Below are positions 15,001 to 19,774 of a stretch of DNA of 64,000 bases, piece after piece. How positions within the stretch are numbered: the stretch's first letter is position 1; every line of letters starts with the position of its first letter. The stretch spans positions 1 through 64,000 of the forward strand of contig JBGAON010000005.1 in NCBI GenBank assembly GCA_044221725.1. The letters run 5' to 3'. The notes under the pieces were generated by a model. The model did no database searches and was not told the origin of the DNA. It saw nothing but the letters and a program-made list of their open reading frames with translations. This DNA is from Elusimicrobiota bacterium (GTDB lineage Bacteria > Elusimicrobiota > Elusimicrobia > F11). Position numbers and translations under genes: made by a program.

Positions 15001-15520
15001 CAATATTGGTCGGCGTGGTGCCGGCAAACGTGAGCGTGCTGACGGTCATGACACCAATCGAAATTGTGATGGTGGATGTTCGGTTTAATGCGGATGAATT
15101 TGTGGAAATCAAAAAGCCGTTGATGATCACGGTGCTGCTGTTAATGTTCCATCCGTTCGTGATGCCGGTTGTGTTCGGCTGATTCATCGTGACGTTGCCG
15201 GTGACCGTCATTGAAGAATTCGACATTGTGAGCACCGAGTTGGTGTTGCCGCCCGTGAAATTGAGCGCCGCAATCGTGGTGGATACGTTCACGGTCACGT
15301 TGTGTGTTGAAAGCAAAACGGTATCCGCAGCGCCGGGTGATCCGGTGCCGCAGGCTCCCCATGTGGCCGGTGCATTCCAGTTTCCGGACGCCCTTGAAAT
15401 ACACGTCAGGGCGAACGAAGGAACCGGCGTCGCAACAAACGCGGTCGCAAAAAAAGCCAAAGACACGAGAGCGGAGGTGACGCTCCCGGGCCAACGCTTT
15501 TTATTTTTGCGCGCGATCAT
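1..15520 (-). CDS. Giant secreted/surface repeat protein, predicted beta-helix modules (adhesin-like); 3' end truncated by window, >5,170 aa
   Basis: Manual translation from ATG 15520 (GGGAG upstream) gives MIARKNKKRWPGSVTSALVSLAFFATAFVATPVPSFA|LTCISRASGNWNAPATW..., i.e. a signal peptide then a GNW..W cap. Eleven RYW motifs (Trp codons at 13744, 12319, 11473, 10657, 8896, 7123, 5362, 3589, 2743, 1927, 169) are all in the same frame. The ORF track lists no stop-terminated ORF in this frame. Confidence 0.93.
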   Translation of the reverse strand, partial: MIARKNKKRWPGSVTSALVSLAFFATAFVATPVPSFALTCISRASGNWNAPATWGACGTGSPGAADTVLLSTHNVTVNVSTTIAALNFTGGNTNSVLTMSNSSMTVTGNVTMNQPNTTGITNGWNINSSTVIINGFLISTNSSALNRTSTITISIGVMTVSTLTFAGTTPTNIVLNMSGGAGQLNILNAINFSTSATLSAGTSSIVNFRGTQNQTISAAWGGGGYNELWIKPTVAGTTKTFGPGTIRMSDLEVGDGTNAVTLTNAPNNAVIYSSGNVILNLGATFTKGTSSMTFKPSGTMTWTDNNATKQDMGWVKIEGGRATPRINLGSSVKVSTMAIAAAHELNANGSNTLELTSAGTPFSNLGTFTYSTGIVRYTGNGATNISAFAGSAGTNGYYDLEIKPAGATSHTLGTAASQTIRINNNLTIGDGANAGGATGSTNNPVVLVSSGVLINAAATFTAANSSMTVGGNWVNNSTFTQNSSTVIFNGAMQTTFSGSTTFYVMRAATSGTTLYFTAGSTNYVTTILDLENISLRSTNNTTWYFVFSGSSQTLLNVDVKDSNANQGRTLFPDAASDDTGNNRNWAFGDRRYWVASGASNWGSTASWSYSSAGKTGAPVPTSTHTVVFDGTGGTNGQANVDVAVTISSLTISSGYTGTLNTQGYNITVASNVSQANGTITMTTNTLTIGGDLIRGGGTFNAAASTITLNGAGNQSINSGNASLFTLNVNKSGGTASLVQALNLNGNLTMNAGTLDTGSNWVINVTSHVNLAGGTLQLNGSTMSVQRDWTKTGGAFVAGTSTVNFIGGNAQTLTPGGTDFFNFVSSKTAGTNLTLSGGLGIDGDWSQLNGTFLSQNNWVAIAGSANLSLGTWTLGTSTVTVGGNFTETSTTFNANQSTIVFNGSGGQSINPNGINFYNVHINKPSGTLAFAGALFVGNDWTNSTTPDIGTGSTVTFNSATVQKISGDTTFYALRAITTNATLQFAVGTTQYVRNMVEFRNISLFSPTNGSKWMFAYKGSSQTIVTVRVRDSDASPGAGTVMTADATSRSFGNNTNWAFPQAADTGVRYWVAPAAGLWNDSGNWSNSSGGNGGAQVPLATHTVVFDGVGGANGQANINVSVTIASLTISGYTGIFNTNGYDLMVASNVTQTSGSLLLSTSQVTFKGDLLRTGGSFDAGASTITISGTQNQTLVPNSTNFAYVSINKSGGTLSLVGSLFVTNDWTNTTTPNIGATSTVTFAGTSLQKISGNTTFYVLRAITANATVQFAAGSTQYVTNTLEFRNVGLFSPTNGATWYFSYKGSSQTVVNVNVRDSNASPGAGGVMAADNTSGNFGNNTNWSFAQGADSGVRYWVALSAGQWNSSANWSNTAGGPGGAQVPLATHTVVFDGNSVSNANFASNVTISSLTIAGFSGLIDTNGYAFTVSSNVTQTSGSLVFGTSQVTLNGDLLRAGGAFDAGNSTITISGSQNQTLTPNTTSFANVVINKTAGTLTVSGALIVTGDWKNTTTPNIGSVSTVTFAGPTIQTLSGSTTFYGWRAITPGATLFFAAGTTQYATSMVEFRDIDLRSTNNTTWYFAFGGSSQTLVNLDVKDSNANLGVALFPDAQSVDSGNNKNWAFGDRRYWAATGTNNWNATTSWSYSSGGKTGAPVPTSTHTVVFDGAGGTNGQANVNNVLNISSLTIAGYTGLINTQGYDITVASNVTQVSGTLTMTTNTLTIGGDMIRSGGTFNTAASTLTLNGATNQSLNNGNATLFTLNINKSGGTASLVQTLNLNGSLLLTNGTLDTTPSNWAVNVTSHVSITGGTLQLNASTMSVQRDWVKTGGFFSAGTSTVSFIGGNAQILTSGGTDFYHLVSSKTAGTTLAVNGNLGVDGDLNFLNGTMNTQGYTITVASDVFLTNGTINMTTNTFFVGGDFARTATTFNSVLSTVSFNGIVDQSVSPNGLTFYSVQINKSGSTTATLMSPLTTNGDLRITAGTLDTGTNWSVTVASHVAITNTGAFNINNSTMSLQRDWTNTSALVNPGFSTVTLLGGFAQSITSSGDNFFGLQVNKTVATTATLQDTLDVDGIFTITAGSITTNGRSVTVGGNWDNSGAGTFSGMNSTVTLNSATSQTILGQTTFYSLSAITTGSTIYFAAGSTNNITNILEFRNNSLRSSSNGLFWYLRMMGSSQTVVSVNVQDSNAYVGNTILPTTSIDSGNNRNWAFGDDRYWVASAPGNWSSTANWSRSSGGTGGASVPSSTHTVIFDGFNAKNGQANIDVAVNISSLTISGYAGTINSQGYNITVTSNITQVSGALTMTTNTLTLGGDFIRTGGTFNTAASTLTLNGTLNQSLNVGNATLFTLNVNKTNGTTASLVQALNLNGSLVVNNGTIDTTPSNWAINVTSFVNIVGGTLQLNASTMSVQRDWVKTGGFFSAGASTVSFIGGNAQILTSGGTDFYHLVSSKTAGTTLAVNGNLGVDGDLNFLNGTMNTQGFSITVASNVFLTNGTINMTTNTMFVGGNFTRTAATFNSVLSTVAFNGSIDQSINSNGLTFYHVQINKSGGTTATLTSALTTNGDLKISAGTLDTGSNWSVTVASHVAITNTGAFNLNNSTMSLQRDWTNTSALVNPGLSTVTFIGGFAQNVTSSGDNFFNFQINKTANTVATLQDTFDADGSFTITAGTISAIGKSLTIGGNWNNAGTGTYTGTNSSVTFNSATSQTILGQTTFYSLHAIMPGSTLYFSAGSTNSVTGIVEFRDVFLRSTTNNATWYFKYNGSSQTIVDTTVQDSNANFGTTLFPDPASTNSGNNRNWAFGGINTRYWVSSGAANWNAIANWSYASGSAGGAPLPASTDTVVFDGANNSNGQANVNVTVNIASLTIAGYIGTINTQGFGITVTSNVTQQSGTITMTTNTLTLGGDLIRSSGTFNTAQSTLTLNGTVDQSINSGNASLYTLNVNKANGTTATLAQALNLNGSLVMNNGTLDTGAGWAINVSSFVNIAGGTLQLNSSTVSVQRNWVKTGGFFSAGTSTVSFIGGNAQILTSGGTDFYHLVSSKTAGTTLAVNGNLGVDGDLNFLNGTMNTQGFSITVASNVFLTNGIINMTTNTFFVGGNFSRASTTFNANRSTVAFNGFVDQSINPNGLTFYTVNLNKSGGTTATLVSPLTTNGDLAISAGTLDTGSNWSVTVASFVAITNTGAFNLNNSTMSLQRDWTNTSALVNPGLSTVTFIGGFAQNVTSSGDNFFNLQINKTLATIATLQDSLDVDGIFTISAGSISANGRAITVGGNWDNSGAGTFSSMNSTVTFNGATSQTILGQTTFYSLRAINPGATLYFTAGSTANVTNILEFRDNNLRSTTNGLFWYLRMIGSSQSVVNVNVQDSNAYGGNTIVPVTSADSGNNRNWAFGDDRYWVASAPGNWNTPANWSRTSGGTGGASVPSSTHTVIFDGVNNKNGQANVNVLVNIASLTISGYSGTINTQGYNVTVTSNITQVSGTLTMTTNTLTLGGDFIRTGGTFNTAASTLTLNGTLNQSLNVGNATLFTLNVNKTNGTTASLVQALNLNGSLVVNSGTIDTTPSNWAVNVTSHVTLTGGVLQLNGSTMSVQRDWTNTGGTFSAGTSTVSFIGGNAQILTSGGTDFYHLVSSKTAGTTLAVNGNLGVDGDLNFMNGTMNTQGFSITVASNVFLTNGIINMTTNTFFVGGNFSRAATTFNANRSTVAFNGFIDQSINPNGLIFYTVNLNKSGGTTATLVSPLTTNGDLAISAGTLDTGSNWSVTVASFVAITNTGAFNLNSSTMSLQRDWTNTSALVNPGLSTVTFIGGFAQSITSNGDNFFGCQINKNVNTVATLQDAFDVDGIFTIAGGTINTNGKALVIGGNWNNSLGATYTGTNSTVTFNGATSQAILGQTTFYSLRAITNGSTLYFTAGSTNHVTGIVEFRDVSLRSTTDNATWYFKYTGSSQTIIDVTVQDSNANFGSTLFADTQSSNAGNNRNWVFGTSGTRYWVSAAPANWNSTASWSYASGGSSGASVPVSSETVVFDGANGFNGQANVNVSVNIASLTIAGYAGTINSQGYDITVASNVTQTSGGIALSTSQVTFNGDLIRSGGRFDAATSTITISGNQNQTLTPNATAFAHVVINKTGGTLDLVGSLVVTGNWTNSSTPFIGTGSTITFAGTADHTLTGQTTFYGLRALGANTTIYFEAGATQYATNLVEFRNASLLSTAVGQPWFFSYTGSSQTLVGLRVRDSNASPDGGLLMVTDGTSRNYGNNVNWVFSQTADTGVRYWVAPSFGLWTSTGNWSNSSGGNPGAQVPLATHTVVFDGLSVSSASITTNITMSSLTISGFSGQINTNGYNFIVSSNVTQTSGSLVFSTSQVTFNGDLLRTGGSFDAGVSTITISGSQNQTLTPNATAFANVLINKGGGTLTLSGALTVTGDWRNSTTPNIGAVSTVTFAGSAPQTLSGSTTFYGLRAITPSAPLIFSAGTTQYIANMLELRNISLRSSDNTTWYFAFNGSSQTLVGLDVKDSNANPGATLFPDSTSVDSGNNRNWAFGDRRYWIATSAANWNTTTSWSYSSGGKAGAPVPTSTHTVVFDGVAGTNGQANINLSLSISSLTIAGYSGIINTQGYNITIASNVTQVTGTITLTTNTFSLGGDMIRSGGSFNTGQSTFALTGPLNQSINHGNANLYTFSLNKTGGTVQLIQPLYLNGSLNLAGGTLDTGSNYAISVASYVTISAGTLQLNASTMTVQSDWTKTGGFFSAGTSTVSFIGGNAQILTSGGTDFYHLVSSKTAGTTLAVNGNLGVDGDLNFLNGTMNTQGFTITVASNVFLTNGTINMTTNTMFVGGNFTRTAATFNSVSSTVAFNGSIDQSINSNGLTFYHVQVNKSGGTTATLTSALTTNGDLKISAGTLDTGSNWSVTVASHVAITNTGAFNLNNSTMSLQRDWTNTSALVNPGLSTVTFIGGFAQNVTSSGDNFFDLQINKTLATTATLQDALDVDGAFTVTAGSVSTNGKLLTVAGNWDNSGTGTFSSMNSTVTFNGATSQTILGQTTFYSLRAINPGATLYFTAGSTANVTNILEFRDNNLRSTTNGLFWYLRMIGSSQSVVNVNVQDSNAYGGNTIVPLTSADSGNNRNWAFGDDRYWVASAPGNWNTPANWSRTSGGTGGASVPSSTHTVIFDGGPSNTLNGQANVNVLVNI
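167..13750 (-). repeat. Intragenic tandem modules of 816-1773 bp with an 8,730-bp higher-order period
   Basis: Spacing of RYW module starts: 1425, 846, 816, 1761, 1773, 1761, 1773, 846, 816, 1758 bp. Near-identical DNA tracts recur, e.g. the block containing 'cttgctggagaccaagtgatagaagtcggtgccgccgga' at about 1230, 4660, 6420, 8190 and 9955. Confidence 0.92.
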
Positions 15521-15548
15521 TGCGGTGTGGCTCCCAAATCTCCGCGAT

Positions 15549-15899
15549 TTATTTGGCCAACAACTCCGCGAGTGTGAAACTGCCCAGTGCTTGGTTCACG
15601 CGCTTCTCAAGCAATATCCCCATATCGGGATTTGCCGACGTCGCATCCGTTTCGATTGTTAACGCTTCGATCAGTTCGAGTGCTGTGATCATGGCGAGCG
15701 GTCGAACCATCCGATAGCCGGCGCCTTTCAGTGCCAAAATCAGTCCAGCGTGCGCCATGGTGTGCAGAACTTTTTGTGCGTACGCGGTGGGAATGTTTTG
15801 TTTTGCGGCAATCGTTTCGGCGTCCTGAAACTCGGTGGGATTTTTTGACAGTTCAAACAAGCAAGCAACTCCGTATTTGACCTTTTGATTTATTCGCAT
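15549..15899 (-). CDS. Rrf2-family winged-helix transcriptional regulator (no Fe-S cysteine triad)
   Basis: MRINQKVKYGVACLFEL...IAAKQNIPTAYAQKVLHTMAHAGLI...KGAGYRMVRP..ITALELIEAL...FTLAELL matches the Rrf2 pattern; AGGAGG RBS upstream. Confidence 0.88.
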   Translation of the reverse strand: MRINQKVKYGVACLFELSKNPTEFQDAETIAAKQNIPTAYAQKVLHTMAHAGLILALKGAGYRMVRPLAMITALELIEALTIETDATSANPDMGILLEKRVNQALGSFTLAELLAK

Positions 15900-15980
15900 G
15901 AGACCTCCTGGCTATATGATTCATCTATTGTTGGTTTGTGAAACGTTGAGTAGTGGACCGTGGCAGTCCGTTGAACGAAC

Positions 15981-16022
15981 AAAAAAAATCCCGAGCCACT
16001 TTTGAAAAGTGGAGCGGGATTT
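15981..16022 (-). terminator. Intrinsic terminator upstream of rrf2 (possible attenuator)
   Basis: Minus strand reads AAATCCCG-ct-CCACTTTT-c-AAAAGTGG-ct-CGGGATTT, ending in an 8-T run. Confidence 0.8.
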
Positions 16023-16093
16023 CGTGTTTCGTTTTGCGTGAAAATTACGTCGCGATTCATTGATTAGGACCGTCAGGAAATCGACGATAAAGA

Positions 16094-16122
16094 AGGGTAT
16101 CCCGGAGGGGGAAAATCCTCAA
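16094..16122 (-). promoter_or_regulatory. Putative sigma70 promoter for the rrf2/giant-gene unit
   Basis: Minus strand TTGAGG-17 bp-TACCCT, similar to the rpsP promoter candidate TTGACG-17-TACCAT. Confidence 0.45.
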
Positions 16123-16160
16123 GATTTAAAAAAACGCGCTGAAAAATCAGCTTGAAACGA

Positions 16161-16679
16161 CTATTTTTCCGAGGGGCGGGTAATGTGAAGCGTGGCGAGG
16201 CCGAGAAACACCGAAATCATATTGAGAAATACGTCATGAATGTCGTAGTGGCGGTGCGGCATGAGCCCTTGCAAAAGTTCATCGCAGAGGCCCGCAAAAC
16301 TGGAAATAACAAACGCAAAAAGGAATTTTTTCAGAGAATTTTTGTGGTGATGTTCGAGCGCGCGATAAAACAAAATACCGACCAATCCATATTCAAAGAA
16401 ATGAACCTGCTCTTCCGGTGTCTTCACGGTTCGCGCCGCGAGATGATAAAGTTCTGCAATTCCCCCGAGGGCTGCGATTCTCCATAGGGAAAACGAATGG
16501 TTTTTCTGGATGAGGAAGAGGCATGCCAAAAGCGCCACCGAAAATAAAATCGACAGCGAAATTTTCAGCAGTCCCTGCGAACGAAGGTACGCCAGCGGAA
16601 AGCGTGCGACTTCAAGTGTGACGTAAATAAGAATTACATAGCCAATCGCCCACAGCCAGTCGCGACGTTGATCGGTCAT
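16161..16679 (-). CDS. VanZ-family membrane protein
   Basis: Several TM helices; motifs EEQVHFFEYGLVG and DELLQGLMPHRHYDIHDVFLN. Alternative start at 16694. Confidence 0.8.
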   Translation of the reverse strand: MTDQRRDWLWAIGYVILIYVTLEVARFPLAYLRSQGLLKISLSILFSVALLACLFLIQKNHSFSLWRIAALGGIAELYHLAARTVKTPEEQVHFFEYGLVGILFYRALEHHHKNSLKKFLFAFVISSFAGLCDELLQGLMPHRHYDIHDVFLNMISVFLGLATLHITRPSEK

Positions 16680-16711
16680 TTCGCAAATATACATTAACGA
16701 AGTGGGGTTTA

Positions 16712-17617
16712 ATGTACAATGGTCGTCGAGAAACGCAACAAGAACTAATCCACAAGGTTATCCACATTGTGCACACCGCGGAATCGCCGATAATTTCCTG
16801 GCCACAAGCTTTTTTGGGCAGTCATTTTGCGCCGGCTTTTTATTTTTTAACGCCCGACAGACGAAAGGCGTTGAAGATTTTGTACGCCGTGTTCCGAGTG
16901 TTGGACGATGCCGTTGACCAATCCGGCGACAAAGATCCGAAGCCGTTTTTGGATGCCTGGCTTGCTTTTTTTGAGGGGCACGGGCCAGATGTATTAAAGG
17001 ATTTTGGTTGCCAGGATTTGGCGGCCAATTTCGATGTAGTGTCTAAAAAGTTTGATATTCCTTCCTTTTCATTACTGGACTTCGTGCGGCACGGGGTTAT
17101 GTCGGACTTGACGACAAATCGCTTTGAAACTCCGATGGATACGGAACGTTACTGTTACGGCGTCGCTGGGACTGTGGGAATCGCTTGCCTGCCACTCTTT
17201 GGAGTTCCGTGGCAAGAAGCGAAAGAGTTTGCGATCCGGTTGGGCATTACCGTTCAGTGGATCAATCTGATTCGCGACGTTGCGATCGATGCAAAGATGA
17301 ACCGCATTTATCTTCCGACCGATCACCTTGAGAAGTTCGGCTGCACCGAAGCTCAGATTCTCCACGGACAACCGGATGAAAATTTTCTGGCGTTGATGCG
17401 GTTTGAAACAGAGGTTGCGCGGTCTCATTTCCGCCGAGCGACAGAGTTGTTGCCGCAAAAATGGAAAAAAGAACTTTTGCCGGCGCGTGTCATGGGAGCA
17501 ATTTATATGAAGCTCCTTGCGAAAATTGAGAAGCGCAATTATCCTGTGCTGACAAAGAAGTTGTCGCTGAATTTGTTTGAAAAAGGTATAGCAACATGGA
17601 ATACCGTATGGAGCTAG
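16712..17617 (+). CDS. Squalene/phytoene synthase family (HpnD/CrtB-like)
   Basis: SHFAPAFYFL..RRKAL..LYAVFRVLDDAVD (DDxxD), YCYGVAGTVG, NLIRDVAIDAKMNRIYLP. The true start may be GTG 16769. Confidence 0.88.
   Translation: MYNGRRETQQELIHKVIHIVHTAESPIISWPQAFLGSHFAPAFYFLTPDRRKALKILYAVFRVLDDAVDQSGDKDPKPFLDAWLAFFEGHGPDVLKDFGCQDLAANFDVVSKKFDIPSFSLLDFVRHGVMSDLTTNRFETPMDTERYCYGVAGTVGIACLPLFGVPWQEAKEFAIRLGITVQWINLIRDVAIDAKMNRIYLPTDHLEKFGCTEAQILHGQPDENFLALMRFETEVARSHFRRATELLPQKWKKELLPARVMGAIYMKLLAKIEKRNYPVLTKKLSLNLFEKGIATWNTVWS
16746..16775 (+). promoter_or_regulatory. Cluster of DnaA-box-like 9-mers
   Basis: TAATCCACA (16746), perfect TTATCCACA (16758), TTGTGCACA (16767). Confidence 0.4.
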
Positions 17618-17687
17618 TATGATTGGAACCCACTTGAAAAACAGAACCGCAGGAGCCTATCCTTATAAAGTTAAGGAGGGAACGTCT

Positions 17688-18416
17688 GTGGCACTTCGCG
17701 CGATCATTTTTGACTGTGACGGTGTTCTGGTTGATTCCGAACCGATCCACTTTTCGGCTTTTAAGAAGACGTTGGAATTGCGCGGCGCCTCTTTAACCGA
17801 AGAACTATATAAGGAACGTTATCTCGCACTTGATGACAAAGGGGTGTTCACTCGCTTCTTTCAAGACCTCGGCAATCCAATCAATCCGACCGAACTCAAA
17901 GAATTAATTGATGCGAAAGGGAATGCTTTTCATGAACTCATTCAAACCGAAGGCATCTTGGCGTATCCGGCCGTTCCCGAGTTTGTGATGGCCGCTTCTC
18001 AGCGTTATCCGCTGGCCATTGCGTCGGGTGCGCGTCGCCATGAGCTCGAAACGATTTTGGAGTCGGCGGGAATTCGTCCGTATTTTGAAACGATCATTAG
18101 TGCGGATGATGTGGAGCACGGCAAACCAAATCCTGAAAGCTATTTAAAAGCTGTTGAGTCTCTGAACGCCTCCGGCAAGCGATCGTCCGCGATTCGTCCC
18201 GAGGAGTGTGCCGTGATCGAAGATTCCCGCGAAGGAATTATGTCCGCGCACACGGCGGGCATGAAATGTATCGCGGTTGCCACGTCGTATCCAACTTTTG
18301 AGCTGTCGCACGCTGATCTTGTGGTCCCTGCATTGGCGGCGTTGCGCATTTCCCAGGTTGAGGATCTTTTTCAGCCGCCACCGTTGTTGGCTGTTCCCTC
18401 CCCACAAAACAACTAG
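17688..18416 (+). CDS. HAD-superfamily phosphatase (beta-PGM/CbbY-like)
   Basis: IIFDCDGVLVDSE, GKPNPESY, VIEDSREG; GTG start after AAGGAGG. Confidence 0.88.
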   Translation: MALRAIIFDCDGVLVDSEPIHFSAFKKTLELRGASLTEELYKERYLALDDKGVFTRFFQDLGNPINPTELKELIDAKGNAFHELIQTEGILAYPAVPEFVMAASQRYPLAIASGARRHELETILESAGIRPYFETIISADDVEHGKPNPESYLKAVESLNASGKRSSAIRPEECAVIEDSREGIMSAHTAGMKCIAVATSYPTFELSHADLVVPALAALRISQVEDLFQPPPLLAVPSPQNN

Positions 18417-18430
18417 AGGAAGTCTCATTT

Positions 18431-19774
18431 ATGACAAGCGTTCGTAGTCGAATCCTGTTCTTCTTTACGTTATTTGCTGTCGCGTCCATGGCCGCGGTTT
18501 TCGTTAGCAGTCGCAGCACGCGCGCGATTGGAAACGTAGCGACGATTGTTATCAACAAACACATGCCGATGGTCATGGCGTTGAACGAAATGGAGATTTC
18601 GCTCCAGAAGCAGGACAACTCCGTCCATCGGTTCATGATCACGAACGACAAGATCTGGCTCGACGAATACGAAAAGCAGCGGATGAATTACGACCGCGCG
18701 TCAAACGACACCCGCCGCTTTGCAACAGAAGACGTGGAAAACGATCATTTAACCGAAATTGACGAATTGTATGCGCAGTACGATGGTATCACGCGTCAAA
18801 TGGTGATGGCGCAAAAGCAGTCCCCTGGCAAAGCCGTGCGGTTGCTGGAATCCAAAGATGAATATCTGACACGTATTCAGACTTTGCTCGATGAGATGGA
18901 GGGGGTTCGCCAAGGCATGACGATCGTACGCCAAGAGCAAGTTCGCGACACGCTGCGTCGTCACAGTGTTGTCGGTTACGGATTTTTGGTCACGATCGCG
19001 TTGTGCTTTATTGTTCTGTGGAGTTATTTGTTGCGCTATTTGGTGCAGCCGCTCAGCCTGCTGCTCGAAGGTATTCGCAACTTCACGCGAGGCAACACCG
19101 AAGTCCAGATTCCGAAGATCGGAAAAGACGAACTCGGCGAACTGCAGGATGCGTTCAATGAAATGTCTCGCGAAATTGCTGTCGAGCGGAAAAAGCTTCG
19201 CAACGAATCCCAAAGCGATGCGCTTACCGGTCTTTTCAATATGCGTTATTTCCGAATTCAGTTGGCGGAAGAATTCTCGCGTTCGCAGCGTTACGGTCGT
19301 CCGCTTACGTTGCTGATGATCGATGTCGATAATTTTAAAGCGTATAACGACCGCAACGGTCACCCGGCGGGCGACATCGTTTTGAAAGAGGTTTCGCGTA
19401 TATTCATTCGGAATGTCCGAGGCACCGACATTGTGGCCCGCTACGGCGGAGAAGAATTTGTTGTCTTGCTGCCAGAGACGCCGCTCGATTCGGGCGTGAG
19501 CGTTGCCGAAAAAATTCGCAAAGCGGTTGAAGAGCACTACTTCCCGTTCGCTGCGTCTCAGGGCGGGCAAAAAGTTACCGTTTCGATTGGCGTTGCGTCG
19601 TATCCGGACGTTCACGTCACCAGCGATCAAGATCTTATTGAATCGTCCGACAAAGCGCTTTATTCGGCGAAAAAAGACGGTCGGAACCGCGTTTATATTT
19701 CATCCAAAACCGAGGGAAATATTTCGTTTGCGATTTACCAGTCTGCCGAGAAAACCGTTGCCGGCAAAAATTAG
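18431..19774 (+). CDS. Membrane diguanylate cyclase (periplasmic helical sensor, HAMP, GGDEF)
   Basis: Two TMs, HAMP (DELGELQDAFNEM), DALTGLFN, DVDNFKAYND, I-site RGTD, ARYGGEEF. Confidence 0.93.
   Translation: MTSVRSRILFFFTLFAVASMAAVFVSSRSTRAIGNVATIVINKHMPMVMALNEMEISLQKQDNSVHRFMITNDKIWLDEYEKQRMNYDRASNDTRRFATEDVENDHLTEIDELYAQYDGITRQMVMAQKQSPGKAVRLLESKDEYLTRIQTLLDEMEGVRQGMTIVRQEQVRDTLRRHSVVGYGFLVTIALCFIVLWSYLLRYLVQPLSLLLEGIRNFTRGNTEVQIPKIGKDELGELQDAFNEMSREIAVERKKLRNESQSDALTGLFNMRYFRIQLAEEFSRSQRYGRPLTLLMIDVDNFKAYNDRNGHPAGDIVLKEVSRIFIRNVRGTDIVARYGGEEFVVLLPETPLDSGVSVAEKIRKAVEEHYFPFAASQGGQKVTVSIGVASYPDVHVTSDQDLIESSDKALYSAKKDGRNRVYISSKTEGNISFAIYQSAEKTVAGKN

Noticed and set aside
37..15717. Dozens of short ORFs in the track, many recurring (e.g. 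MNVTVESPGFTSADVFVQSR)
   Set aside because: They are antisense or off-frame shadows of the repetitive giant minus-strand gene.
15981..16090. c-di-GMP or other known riboswitch in the rrf2 leader
   Set aside because: The conserved GEMM core (GGCAAAC..GAAA..GGACGCAAAGC) is not present; only the terminator is supported.
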